Below the pieces are notes generated by a model. The model ran no database searches. It had not been told where the DNA came from and worked only from the letters and a program-made list of their open reading frames with translations. Positions 48,580-58,686 of a DNA stretch of 64,000 bases are shown here, piece after piece. This stretch comes from a virus, in IMG/VR virus record IMGVR_UViG_3300030381_000254, positions 69,982 through 133,981 of that record; one strand, 5' to 3'. Both the position numbers and the translations under genes were made by a program. Numbering within the stretch: the first letter of the stretch is position 1; every line of letters starts with the position of its first letter.

Positions 48580-49125
48580 ATGGAATTTGTAGAATTTTTA
48601 AAACGATATTATTCTTTAGAGGATGATAATTATATTGAAAAATTGACATTATTATTTGTTTCTCAATATCCTGAGAAATATTTGTATGATTTAATTTATG
48701 ATAAGGAATTAATATACTTATCTAAACATTACAGTTATTTAGTTCCATGTTTTCATAGTAGCAAAACTATATTAGAGTTTGTTATATCCGGAAGTAAACT
48801 TGGTGATCCTTTTTTAAGATATTTTTCAAAGAATTTAAAGATAAATAAGTGTTATTCAAAAGATTACATTAATGAACTAATAGAAAATTATCCATATTTT
48901 CTTACAAAAGAGGAATCGTATTTCCTAAAAACATTTAATTTATCTATAGTATATTTATTTTTTAAAAAGATTATTTGGTATGATAAAGATAATAATCCTT
49001 TAAAGTACGCACCCTCTAGATATTCAAATAACCTAGAGATTAGTTATGTTAGATTATTTGACAAAATAGATTGTAAAGATTTAAAAAACTTAAATTTTAA
49101 AAAATATGATAAAGAATTGGAATGA
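48580..49125 (+). CDS. Hypothetical protein, 181 aa
   Basis: ORF preceded by the promoter-like motif. Confidence 0.4.
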   Translation: MEFVEFLKRYYSLEDDNYIEKLTLLFVSQYPEKYLYDLIYDKELIYLSKHYSYLVPCFHSSKTILEFVISGSKLGDPFLRYFSKNLKINKCYSKDYINELIENYPYFLTKEESYFLKTFNLSIVYLFFKKIIWYDKDNNPLKYAPSRYSNNLEISYVRLFDKIDCKDLKNLNFKKYDKELE

Positions 49126-49738
49126 AGTTAATATGGAAATGTTCAAGGAAATACTTGATTCATATTGGAATAGAGAAGATTGGACATTAGATAAAGTTTT
49201 AGAAATACAGTATTTAGATAAAATCCTAGATAATAAAAGTTCTACTAGAGTATATTTAGGAAATGGAATAGATATAAATGAGTGGAAGGATTTTAATAAA
49301 TCAACTTTAGAACTTATGGATATGTTAACTGATATGTTTATGCCAGATAAAAGTACGAAAGAAATTTTATCTAATACATGTCTGTCAATGTGTATATTAG
49401 AAGATGGTCCTAGGATAACACCATTATCTAATACTAAAGATCACTATAATCTATTATGGAGTACTAGTTTTGGCCACTCATCAATAAATAAAGAAATAAC
49501 TAATATGATATCTAATCCAATTGTTTTATGGTATTGGAAAGATGGTAATTATTTTAATATAGGATCAAGTAATTTATCTGATACTTTACAAGAAAAAGAT
49601 AAATTCGTAAGATTAAGAGGTATTTCTTTAAATACTTGGAAAGATATGATGTATAAATATGTAGAAAGTGGATTTGATCCAAATATATTATGTATTAATT
49701 CGGATATTTCAAAAGAGTTAATTCGAAGACCATTTTAA
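49106..49738 (+). CDS. Hypothetical protein, 210 aa
   Basis: ORF only. Confidence 0.35.
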   Translation: MIKNWNEVNMEMFKEILDSYWNREDWTLDKVLEIQYLDKILDNKSSTRVYLGNGIDINEWKDFNKSTLELMDMLTDMFMPDKSTKEILSNTCLSMCILEDGPRITPLSNTKDHYNLLWSTSFGHSSINKEITNMISNPIVLWYWKDGNYFNIGSSNLSDTLQEKDKFVRLRGISLNTWKDMMYKYVESGFDPNILCINSDISKELIRRPF

Positions 49739-49863
49739 AAACCTTAAAAACCTTATAATTGAAAAGAATGATAATAAATCATAAGTGAATTTAGATTATA
49801 ATATCTACTTAAGTAATAAAGCTTAGGTAGATTTTTTTATTTACGTTAATAAAGATTATAAAA

Positions 49864-50340
49864 ATGGAAAAAAGTTTTTTTAAAAAATTTATGCTTGGAG
49901 TTACTTCAAGTACTTTAAGATTTACACTATGGATAGTGTATTCTCTTGGATGTTATAGAAGTATAACATCTACATTAAAATTGTATGAAGATTATACATT
50001 AAGTAAATTAAGAAAAGAAGAAAATTGCTTAAAAAATATATGCAACGTTACTGGCTTAGATTCAGAATATTTAGAGAAAATAGTAAGAGTCAGAACTTCA
50101 GCTATTATTATAAAAGCTTTGGAAATTTCTGGAGCTAAAGTTGAGATTATGTCGTCTCCAGAAAAAATAAAAAAAGTTATTGAAAATCATTTTGGTATTG
50201 AAATTCAAGTAAATGAAAACGGTTGTTATAAATACTCTAATCAATCTGGATTTAATTGGGGATTAGAGTGTAGTCAAGAAAACAAAAGGAGATTTGAGTT
50301 GTTTAATATCATAATGATTATTTTAGAATCAAGGGAGTAA
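49864..50340 (+). CDS. Hypothetical protein, 158 aa
   Basis: ORF followed by a terminator. Confidence 0.4.
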   Translation: MEKSFFKKFMLGVTSSTLRFTLWIVYSLGCYRSITSTLKLYEDYTLSKLRKEENCLKNICNVTGLDSEYLEKIVRVRTSAIIIKALEISGAKVEIMSSPEKIKKVIENHFGIEIQVNENGCYKYSNQSGFNWGLECSQENKRRFELFNIIMIILESRE

Positions 50341-50360
50341 TTCCCTTGATTTTTTTTATT
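50330..50360 (+). terminator. Rho-independent terminator
   Basis: Hairpin caagggagtaattcccttg followed by attttttttatt. Confidence 0.65.
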
Positions 50361-50412
50361 TAAAGAACATTTAAATCCTTATTAATGTATAACAAATATA
50401 AATTATAAATAT

Positions 50413-50703
50413 ATGAGAAAATTAAAAATTACATTAATTTCAGTATTATCAGTTTTAATTATTGGTTCAATATTAAAATGGTATTTTTTGCCAGAAAATA
50501 GAACAACAAGAATTTTTGGAGGAACAATGGAAATTAATGTCGAACCTGGAGAAAAAGTTTTAATGGCTACTTTTAAAGGAGATAATCTATTCTATTTAAC
50601 AGAACCAATGGACTCTAATTATGTTCCTAAGATAAAAATCTTAAGGGAAAAATCAGTTAGGGGAATATTAGAGTCTAAAGTAAAATTTATTGAATCTAAA
50701 TAG
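50413..50703 (+). CDS. Small membrane or secreted protein, 96 aa
   Basis: The N-terminal hydrophobic segment is ITLISVLSVLIIGSILKWYFL. Confidence 0.4.
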   Translation: MRKLKITLISVLSVLIIGSILKWYFLPENRTTRIFGGTMEINVEPGEKVLMATFKGDNLFYLTEPMDSNYVPKIKILREKSVRGILESKVKFIESK

Positions 50704-50706
50704 TAT

Positions 50707-51111
50707 ATGTACAAGTCGACTAGTAGAGTTTTTTCATATGTTATTTCATATGAAAAAATGAAAGAATTTTTAGAGAATAGAGGGTATACTATAATAACTG
50801 CTACTCAAGCTCTAAAAACATTTAATAAAGATATAATGGTATATATAAAGAATAAATGCGGAGCATGCTGTTTATCTGGATTAAACTATTCTTTTGCTTA
50901 TAAAGAGTCAGAAAAAGAACAATTTTTCTTTAAATTTTCAAATTTAATAAAAGATTTGTATAATGATGATATTTCTGGTGGACAATTCTTTTATGGAAAA
51001 TATTTTTGGCTAAATCAAGGAGGATTATATTATGATATAGTCGATATTAAAGTTATGAATATTATTAGAGATGAATTTAAAAGAAATATTTTAGGAAATA
51101 ATAATGAATAA
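50707..51111 (+). CDS. Hypothetical protein, 134 aa
   Basis: ORF only. Confidence 0.35.
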   Translation: MYKSTSRVFSYVISYEKMKEFLENRGYTIITATQALKTFNKDIMVYIKNKCGACCLSGLNYSFAYKESEKEQFFFKFSNLIKDLYNDDISGGQFFYGKYFWLNQGGLYYDIVDIKVMNIIRDEFKRNILGNNNE

Positions 51112-51206
51112 TGACTTTAAATCAATCTTACACATATTAGATAGGATTGAAAATAATTTAAATATATTAATTAAATATTTAGAAAAAGATCAAATAACAA
51201 AAGTTT

Positions 51207-52103
51207 ATGGAAAAAGTATTAATAATTTATCACAGGGTAGACTTTGATGGTGCATTTTCTGGATGTATAGCTAATAATTGTGCTAAGGAGTGCGGGTATG
51301 AAACTGAATTACTTGGGTGGACTTATGGGGATGATATACCTGATATTAGTTATTTAGAAAAATATAATGAAATTATATTAGTGGATTTATCATTTCCACC
51401 CGAAGTAATGTCTTATTTAAAAATTCAAAATAAATTTAGGGTTACTTGGATAGATCATCATACTACAGCAATTAACAATTCATATTCTCACAATTATTCA
51501 GATATTAATGGTCTTAGAAGAGATGGAACTGCTGCGTGTGAGTTATGTTGGGAATTCTTTTATCCATCATTATTAATCCCAAAAGTAATAGAGTATATAG
51601 GATGTTATGATGTTTGGGATAAGACTAGATATTCTTGGGATAATATTGTTTTGCCATTTCAATATGGATTGAGAACTAGATATAATATTAAAGCTTTTAT
51701 GTTATCACAAGTATATAAAGATCTGATTTTTGAGAACATAGATTTAGATGAAATTATTCATGAAGGAGAAATAGTTTTAAAATATTTAGATAGAAATTGG
51801 AGAAGTGCTTGCAAAGTTTATTCATTTGATGTTAGAGTAGCTGGAAAATATAAAGGAATATGTATTTTAACAACTGAATTTACTAGTAACATTTTTAATT
51901 CAGTTCGGGATAATTATGATGTAGTTATATGTTGCAATAGAAGAGGTCCTGACGTTTATAATTTAAGTATGTATAAAGATACTAATAAATGCCCAGAATT
52001 TAGTTGTGGTGGATATAGATGGTTTAGTGGACAAAAATGTGCAGCAGGATGTACTGTGAATTTTGAAGAATTTAAGAAATTAATAACAGAGTGTGAAATT
52101 TAG
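51207..52103 (+). CDS. DHH-family phosphoesterase (NrnA/RecJ-like core)
   Basis: IYHRVDFDGAFSG matches the DHH motifs I-II (HxxxDxDG). WIDHHTT is motif III (DHH). Confidence 0.5.
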   Translation: MEKVLIIYHRVDFDGAFSGCIANNCAKECGYETELLGWTYGDDIPDISYLEKYNEIILVDLSFPPEVMSYLKIQNKFRVTWIDHHTTAINNSYSHNYSDINGLRRDGTAACELCWEFFYPSLLIPKVIEYIGCYDVWDKTRYSWDNIVLPFQYGLRTRYNIKAFMLSQVYKDLIFENIDLDEIIHEGEIVLKYLDRNWRSACKVYSFDVRVAGKYKGICILTTEFTSNIFNSVRDNYDVVICCNRRGPDVYNLSMYKDTNKCPEFSCGGYRWFSGQKCAAGCTVNFEEFKKLITECEI

Positions 52104-52122
52104 TTAATTACCGATTAATAAT

Positions 52123-52149
52123 CCTTTAAAGCCTTATATATGTAATAAA
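52123..52149 (+). promoter_or_regulatory. Conserved phage promoter-like motif (AAAGCCTTATATATG...)
   Basis: cctttaaagccttatatatgtaataaa lies about 30 nt upstream of the small ORF at 52177. Confidence 0.5.
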
Positions 52150-52176
52150 TATATAATATAATAAAACTTAATAAAG

Positions 52177-52338
52177 ATGAAAAAAGGTTATATAATTTCA
52201 GGAATTACAGTGGTAGTATCCGCTGTTATTGCTATTGTCTTGTATGCAAAAAACAAGGCAAAGGAAGGGTTTGACGAAATTCGTGATACTACATCTGAAG
52301 ATAATTCTTCTTCAGGGGAAAGTAGTAAAGAGAAATAA
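52177..52338 (+). CDS. Small membrane protein, 53 aa (not in ORF track)
   Basis: MKKGYIISGITVVVSAVIAIVLYAKNKAKEGFDE... has a single TM. The promoter-like motif lies 30 nt upstream and a terminator hairpin downstream at 52358..52385. Confidence 0.4.
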   Translation: MKKGYIISGITVVVSAVIAIVLYAKNKAKEGFDEIRDTTSEDNSSSGESSKEK

Positions 52339-52357
52339 AGACAAATCAACGAAAATA

Positions 52358-52396
52358 AAGACTTAGGACTAGTCCTAAGTCTTTATTTTGCTTTTA
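52358..52396 (+). terminator. Rho-independent terminator after small membrane ORF
   Basis: Hairpin aaagacttaggactagtcctaagtcttt followed by attttgctttt. Confidence 0.65.
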
Positions 52397-52596
52397 CTTA
52401 TCATTGAAAGCCTAATAATTGAATCATAGAAAAATAGTTATAGAAGTTTATAACTAATTTTTTATGATTTTTTATTTTCTGTAATGTAAAAAAGTGCAAT
52501 AAAATTCCCTTATTTCCTTATAAAAGAGAGGGTAAAGTTTTACCCTCTTTAATTATAATAAATAATACTTAAATTAATCAATTAAAAGACTAAAAA

Positions 52597-53694
52597 ATGG
52601 AAGACGAATTTTTGTTAGATGAAGAGGAAGACTTGGAAAACCAAGGATATCTCGGGCAAGACAATGACGATGATTCTGACAATAATGATGATTCTGGTAT
52701 TAGCCTTGAAGATGCGGAGGAAGCTAGAGAAAAGGTAGATGAATCACAGTATCAGGGTAAGATGACTAAAGATGAAATTTGGTTATCTACTGCATATGAT
52801 GATATCATTGCTGCTGGGAAAAAAGATACTAGTAATGCTATAGAAGATGCAGTAACTACTATAGTTCAAGCTAATCCAAAGCACACATCAATTACTACTA
52901 TTGGAAATATCATTAAAGATCTATTTCATAAGCAAGGTCACTCTAGAATGGTCAATTCACTCTATACACCTGATACTATGTTAAGAGGTGAAGATGTTGA
53001 TATTGATTTTAGAGATGAGGATGATTCTGGATTTAATAAAGCATATGCTGAGGAAGCCAGAAATCAAATTGCTAGATTTATAGATTTCTTAGCTAATAGA
53101 GATCTTTCTAAAGATTCTGTTGTATCTAGAAGAAGAAAGCAAAGACAAATTCCTGCTTTTATAATATTTCTATTTTCTTCTGGAATGTATGACTTGATAT
53201 TAGATTGTCCTACAATGCCAAAAGAATATGATACTCAGATTAAAGAAGCTTTAAGAAAGATAATGAAAGCTAAGTATGATATTGTAGAAGAACTAGCTAA
53301 GAAGTATGAAGAGATGGGAAGACAGCAAGTAGCGGATAGAGTAAGAAAATTACAATTATCCTGGTTTAATAAAGAACCAGCTGAAATTCGATCTTCTTCA
53401 GAGTATTCTGATCTAGATCTTACTTATGATGATGTATTAGTTTATCGAGAATACAGAGGAAGATTCACTAATACTTCTAGAGCTATTACACAAGATGTTA
53501 TTTCAGATTTAATTGAAGTAGTAGTAGATAAAGATTCTGGAATTTTTGAAAGATTAAAAGATAAAACGCGTTCTGATGCAATAGCAGATGTAAAGCAAGT
53601 TTATAAAGAATGGTCTAAAGAAAATTCTAATGATTCTGAACTGGCTACTAAGATTATTTGGAAAGATGTTTCAGAAATAGTTAAATCTAATTAA
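52597..53694 (+). CDS. Acidic protein upstream of RNAP operon, 365 aa
   Basis: The N-terminal ~60 aa are extremely acidic (DEEEDLENQG...DNDDDSDNNDD). Its position suggests a transcription-associated factor, but no motif was recognised. Confidence 0.4.
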   Translation: MEDEFLLDEEEDLENQGYLGQDNDDDSDNNDDSGISLEDAEEAREKVDESQYQGKMTKDEIWLSTAYDDIIAAGKKDTSNAIEDAVTTIVQANPKHTSITTIGNIIKDLFHKQGHSRMVNSLYTPDTMLRGEDVDIDFRDEDDSGFNKAYAEEARNQIARFIDFLANRDLSKDSVVSRRRKQRQIPAFIIFLFSSGMYDLILDCPTMPKEYDTQIKEALRKIMKAKYDIVEELAKKYEEMGRQQVADRVRKLQLSWFNKEPAEIRSSSEYSDLDLTYDDVLVYREYRGRFTNTSRAITQDVISDLIEVVVDKDSGIFERLKDKTRSDAIADVKQVYKEWSKENSNDSELATKIIWKDVSEIVKSN

Positions 53695-53710
53695 TTTTTA
53701 AATTTATTTT

Positions 53711-54843
53711 ATGTCAGTATCTCTTGAGTTACTAACCGATGAAGCAATCATCGATTATACTAAAAGTGATGGAAAGGATAGAGTTCTCTATAATCATAGA
53801 GACTTAGACTTAAAGTATAACGGTATACAACCTATTTCTGGTGGAGTATATGATGTTGAAATATTCGGATCTCCTATGGAAGATAGATGTATCTGTGGAA
53901 AAATTCGACAACCTTCTATGGAACCTTGTCCTAATTGTGGAGCTAGAGTATTTTCTAGAGAAGAGGGACTTAGAAGATTTGCCAGAATAGAATTACCTTT
54001 CTATTATTTGAATGATTTGCGTTTTGATATCTTTAAAGAATTATTTGAAGATATATTTAAAGAAAGCAAAATAGTTTTAGATTTCTTCGGGGATGATCTT
54101 AGAAGAAATGGTTATAGTGCGAGAGGAGCAAAGAAATTAGGTATTAAAGTATTCGATACCTGCCAGTTTGATTATAATCCTACTACAAAAGAGCTTAAGA
54201 TTTCTGAATTTATAGATGATGAATCTAAATGTTCTTATGAAGGACTTATGAAGATTATAGAAGAACATTTTCCTGGTCGTCTCGTAGAATATAAAAAGTT
54301 GATTAATAGGTATTACTTAGTACAGCCAGCTATGATGAGACCTTTTACCCTTGGTGTAAAAAACGGAAAAAAGATAATGGGATCTCATAAACTTAGTATC
54401 TGGTATTCTATTATAATTAGACTTTGTTGTGTAGAAGATACTAAATCTAATGACTTAAATTATGCGGAAGTAACTTCTAAATTTAAGACTCCAGGTGAGA
54501 AAGTTAGATATACAGCACTTCTAAGAGCACTTCTTAATACAGGTAAGAAAGAAGCTACGGCACTTCTTAATACGTCTAAGGAAAATTTAGCGCGTGATCT
54601 TTATTCAGTAAGAACAAAGAGTTCTGCTAGATGTCCAATCATTCCTAGTACTACACTAGCTATTGATGAAATTTCTATACCTATTCATATTGCATATGAA
54701 ATGTGTAGAGAAGGATTCTTAGACTATTTAATGAAAGAATTAAATTTTACTAAAGAAGAGGCTCTTAAAGCAACAAAAGAAGAGTATAATAATCCGGAAA
54801 CTTTAAAGATGTTTAAAGAATTTGCGGAAAAACAAATCGTACT
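53711..54843 (+). CDS. rpoC: RNA polymerase beta' subunit, exon 1 (N-terminal Zn-finger region to ...EKQIVL)
   Basis: CICGKIR...CPNCGARV matches the beta' N-terminal Cys4 zinc finger. The exon ends with U at 54843, which pairs with the intron IGS GGTACG at 54858..54863. Confidence 0.7.
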
Positions 54844-55728
54844 AGATTTTTCACTGGTACGTTAGGTGAAAATCCTGAAACAAATGTAAATTACGTTTGT
54901 TTAATTTTGTGTATTGCTGGAAATTAATTATAATTAATAATCAGCAGTTGAATCTATTATAAAAGCAGAATAATAAATATAAAAAGAAGAGCTTATGAAG
55001 ATATTTAGGATTAATTTATTTTCTACACTATCTTCTACAACTCCATGGAATCGATCTGAACATATGAAACAACTTCATGCTGAAGGAAGATATAAAGGAA
55101 CTTCTAAGATAGGGTTGTGGAATGTTAGCGAAGAAAAAAGACAAAGAATGGCTAATATACGATTAGCAAATTCTTTAAATAAAAATAGTAAAGGATATGG
55201 TAGTGAGTGGCATATGAGACTAGCTAACAGAACTTTACTGCATAATAAATTTCAAGGAGAACAGGGTTATTTATACTTTGTTAGATTTCCTATGAGTATC
55301 AAGGTTGGTTTTTCAAAAAATTGGGAAAGAAGACTGAATTATCAATTACCTAACTTGAATCATATCTTAGGTGGTAAAGTTATAGCAATCATATCAGGAC
55401 CAACAAATGATTTAGCCGATCTTGAATTTGATACATTTGTTAAATTTCAAAATTATACAAAATTATCAGAGGATGGAACTAGATATACTGAATTCTTAGA
55501 CTTATCAGTAAGAAAAGAAGTTTATGAGTTCTTAAAATCTAGAGTATCTGATAATAATGAGTTAGAATTTTTAATACAGAATCCGCTTTTATAATAAATT
55601 CAATTCAACGACTATGGACAAAACTAAGATTAGTGTTGTGATAACCTAGTTTTTGATAATATAGTCTTGCAGGATAGAGATATCCTGGTAAAGAATGATT
55701 ATAATGACGTAATATAATCATTCTACAG
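54844..55728 (+). mobile_element. Group I self-splicing intron 1 in rpoC (885 nt) carrying a homing-endonuclease ORF
   Basis: P element ATTGCTGGAAA is at 54913, Q element AATCAGCAG at 54938, R element TCAACGACTATGG at 55605 and S element GATAATATAGTCTT at 55655. R and S form the P7 pairing GACTAT/ATAGTC. A P9 hairpin lies at 55669..55687. There is a U at -1 and an omega G at 55728. Joining the exons gives QIVL|VNRQPSLHEY..., which aligns to E. coli HPVLLNRAPTLH. Confidence 0.75.
54995..55594 (+). CDS. Intron-encoded putative homing endonuclease (GIY-YIG-like motif)
   Basis: A free-standing ORF lies inside intron 1 between the Q and R elements. GYLYFVRF...IKVGFSKNWERRLNYQ resembles GIY-(10)-YIG-...R. 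Confidence 0.5.
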   Translation: MKIFRINLFSTLSSTTPWNRSEHMKQLHAEGRYKGTSKIGLWNVSEEKRQRMANIRLANSLNKNSKGYGSEWHMRLANRTLLHNKFQGEQGYLYFVRFPMSIKVGFSKNWERRLNYQLPNLNHILGGKVIAIISGPTNDLADLEFDTFVKFQNYTKLSEDGTRYTEFLDLSVRKEVYEFLKSRVSDNNELEFLIQNPLL

Positions 55729-56709
55729 AGTAAACCGTCAACCTTCATTACATGAGTATAGTACTTTTGCAATGAAGTTAAGAATTCATGAGGATTATAC
55801 AATACATTTTCCTATTCAAGTATGTGAACCATTAAATGCTGACTTTGATGGTGATACTGTATCAATACAGTTAGTTCCGCCTGAAGCAGCTGAAGAGACT
55901 TATGAAAGAATGAGTCCTAGATATGTTACAATTTATAAAAAGAATAATGAACCTATTTATAAATTTAATCACGAAACACTTAATGGTTTAGCAGTTGCGA
56001 CTGAATATTCATACTCTGATTTGGAAGAATTGAAAGATCCTAAATATTTTTATACTGATTATGTTCAGTTATTAAAGGATGTAGAAATAGAAAAGAAAAT
56101 CAAAGTTGGAACACCGATTGTATTTACAGGAAAAATAGGGAATGTAGATTATCAATCTAAAGTTACAAGTTATGGTAGACTTCGTATTTCTAAAATACTT
56201 GATGCTGATATAGATAAAATTGGTATATTTAGTAATGAGTTTGAACGTATTAGTGCTAAGAGTGCAGCTAAGTTAAGTCTTTATTTAAATCAATTCGAAG
56301 ATGGAGTTGAAAAGAGAAAAGCACTTACTAAATTTGCTCTTCGCGTAGTTAGCATGGCTGGAGTAGTAACGTTTGATTATAAAACACTGTATGCTGATTG
56401 TGATACGGAGACTTATAAGAGAATTTGTAACGTAGCAGATTCTAAAGAACTTACAGATAAACAGAAACTTTTGATAATGACTCAAGAATTTAAGAAATAT
56501 GAGGACGAAGTTTCTGCAAGTTTTAGTTCTGATTTGAAAAATGAACTTGATAGAGCAGCTCGTGTTAAATTATCATCTATTGTAGCAATGTCAATGCCAC
56601 AGTTTATAACTTCAGGAGTTGATGAAAAACCTGTAATTACTCGTGGAACATTGTTATCTGGTTACACAGAGAAAGATTATCAATTACATGCAATAGAAAA
56701 TCGAAGCTT
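55729..56709 (+). CDS. rpoC: RNA polymerase beta' subunit, exon 2 (catalytic NADFDGD region); 3' end approximate
   Basis: VNRQPSLHEYSTFAMKLRIHEDYTIHFPIQVCEPLNADFDGD aligns to E. coli NRAPTLHRLGIQAFEP...NADFDGD. A bridge-helix-like SGY motif lies near the end. The exon end was chosen at the U at 56709, 70 nt upstream of the P element, the same spacing as in intron 1. Confidence 0.6.
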
Positions 56710-57201
56710 ACAATCTATTAAAGTTAGTGGTGTTAAAATATTAAGCTCGAATATGGTAGCCCACTTAAAATAACAATTAAATGCTGGAAAGAATATGTAA
56801 ATATAAAATCAGCAACTTATATAATCTTTAAATCTATTTTATGGCGAGATTGGAAAAAGTTTTAGAAATTTTAAAAGTAATTGGAGGAATTGCTAAAACT
56901 ATGCTTTGTGGAATGGAAGAGTATAGAAGAATTCAAGAAACAAGAGCATATAGAGAAAATCAAAAGAAAAAAGTAAAATATTTACCAAAGCCAAAGAAAA
57001 GATATAAAAGAAATAAATAAGATCAACGACTATGTATTGTTAGATTAAACAAAGTTTAATCATGATATAGTCTAATCCTATGTGATAAACATAGGCAGGA
57101 TGGGATTTTAGGAAGCGCTTTTAATTTATATTATAGCCTAATATCCTTGAATGACCTTCGAGCGGATATTTAACTCGTCAAATATCTTTCCTTTTAAATA
57201 G
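56710..57201 (+). mobile_element. Group I intron 2 in rpoC (~490 nt), boundaries approximate
   Basis: P element AAATGCTGGAAAG is at 56779, Q element AAATCAGCAAC at 56806, R element ATCAACGACTATG at 57022 and S element CATGATATAGTCT at 57061. A P9 hairpin lies at 57076..57095. G at 57201 is the only omega-G candidate consistent with phase, given the in-frame stop at 57170. The intron contains a 59-aa Lys-rich ORF at 56841..57020. No canonical U.G P1 pairing was found, so the 5' splice site could instead be at 56718 or 56724. Confidence 0.55.
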
Positions 57202-58357
57202 CTACGTATATCATGAAGGAGAAGATACTGAAAATGATGGTCTTTTGATACCTAGATACAAAGCTTTAGGACGTACTGCACCTAATGGAAAAGTATATCC
57301 AGAAAAGCCATTAGTAAACGGTTCAGAAGATGATTTGGTACCAGTTAGATCAATCATTACAAAAAGAAAAGGTGACACTCATACGATTACTCCTGACCTT
57401 ATAGGAACTAAATTCAAATTTACTGATGGAGCAGCTATTGGTCTTTCTTTTGCAACATCCTTAACTGAGGGAACAACCCAAAGTGCATTAGGATTAAAAC
57501 ATGGAGGTCATGAACGTGTTTTACAAATGGACGGAATACTTAAAGCTCCTAAACAATGCGAATTTAGAGAAGAAGGAAGATGGATTTATTTAAAAGTTAG
57601 AGGTGGAGAATTAAAATATCCAAGACCTGATAACTGGGTAAGTGTAGGAAAAGAAAAGTTTGAAAAGGGAGATACTATAGGAACAGCATATAATACTACA
57701 TCTCCTATTTATAAACTTAATGCACTTATTAAATTGATGAGAGCAAAGGGATCTGATGGTACTAGATACTTTGAAAAAGATAATGTTATAGTTTCTGACT
57801 CATACTGTTATAAATCGGGGACGATTCATTACAAGGAGACTAAGGATGGTGATATAGAAGTATGGATTGGAGATATTCAATATGATTATAATCCAATGTG
57901 TATGTATTATTATCCTGATGGTACTGAAATAAAGAAATATCAAAGATTCTGCAGTGGAGTGGTTAATATGAATCACGTGATTCCAGGTATGAATAATAAT
58001 TTGAATGATATTTATTTAATTTTCAGAAATCAATTCTATACATTAACCGACGGAAAATTTGCATCTACTGGATTAACTGATTTACATTCAACTCAAGAAG
58101 AATTAGTAGAGTTATTGTTTACTGGTTTAACTGATATTATTGTAGATACTGATACTCAGAAAATTGAAGATATCCAATATTTGGGAACTCAATCTGGTGT
58201 ATTAAATAAGAAGTCATTCTATACAGTATTATCTTATGGTTATTCTAGTAGAGTAGTTAGTAGAGCCCTCAAGGGGGATTTAAATCTTAGTGGTGATGTT
58301 ATGACAGAAACTATATTAGGATTATTGTTAAATAATAAACTTGATGATAAAAAATAA
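57202..58357 (+). CDS. rpoC: RNA polymerase beta' subunit, exon 3 (trigger-loop region to C-terminus); 5' end approximate
   Basis: ...YVYHEGEDTENDG resembles E. coli VVTEDDCGTHEG. GAAIGLSFATSLTEGTTQSALGLKHGG aligns to [28 protein letters not shown]. The ORF caller placed the start at the TTG at 57245. Confidence 0.6.
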
Positions 58358-58665
58358 TGGGAACTATTAAATTTGAAATAGATCTTCCAGAATTTGAAAA
58401 AGAATTAAGTTTGAATTTAATTATTCGTAGAGATGGTGAGGTAATTTATAATACCTCATCCTCTTCTACAAATAACTCTTTTTCAAAAAATAATGGTAGA
58501 TTGGAAAATTCTGTAGAAAAAGTAGATAAAATAATTCCCCCTATCGTGGAAGGTAGTGGAAATTCATTATCTAATAATATAGGAAATAAGGTAAGAGAAC
58601 AATCTATTACATCAAAAACTCCTAAAGGAAGAGGAGGTAATTTGATGAATTTGACAGATATTTAA
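58357..58665 (+). CDS. Hypothetical protein between rpoC and rpoB, 102 aa
   Basis: ORF whose start overlaps the rpoC stop. Ser/Asn-rich. Confidence 0.35.
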   Translation: MGTIKFEIDLPEFEKELSLNLIIRRDGEVIYNTSSSSTNNSFSKNNGRLENSVEKVDKIIPPIVEGSGNSLSNNIGNKVREQSITSKTPKGRGGNLMNLTDI

Positions 58666-58686
58666 TAAAAAGAAGAGAATTTAATT

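Noticed and set aside
54995-55594. Considered HNH or LAGLIDADG assignment for the intron ORF.
   Set aside because: There is no LAGLIDADG motif and no clear HNH His-Asn-His spacing. The only recognisable feature is the GIY-(10)-YIG-like element, so the call is left as GIY-YIG-like with moderate confidence.
54865-55772. Possibility that the rpoC interruptions are inteins or genuine gene splits into separate polypeptides, as in some jumbo phages.
   Set aside because: The inserts contain stop codons in all frames and the group I P, Q, R and S elements, along with P7 and P9 pairings. The intron 1 boundaries obey U(-1)/omega-G and restore the frame exactly. Inteins would be in-frame with no stops. 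A true split would not need the ribozyme core.
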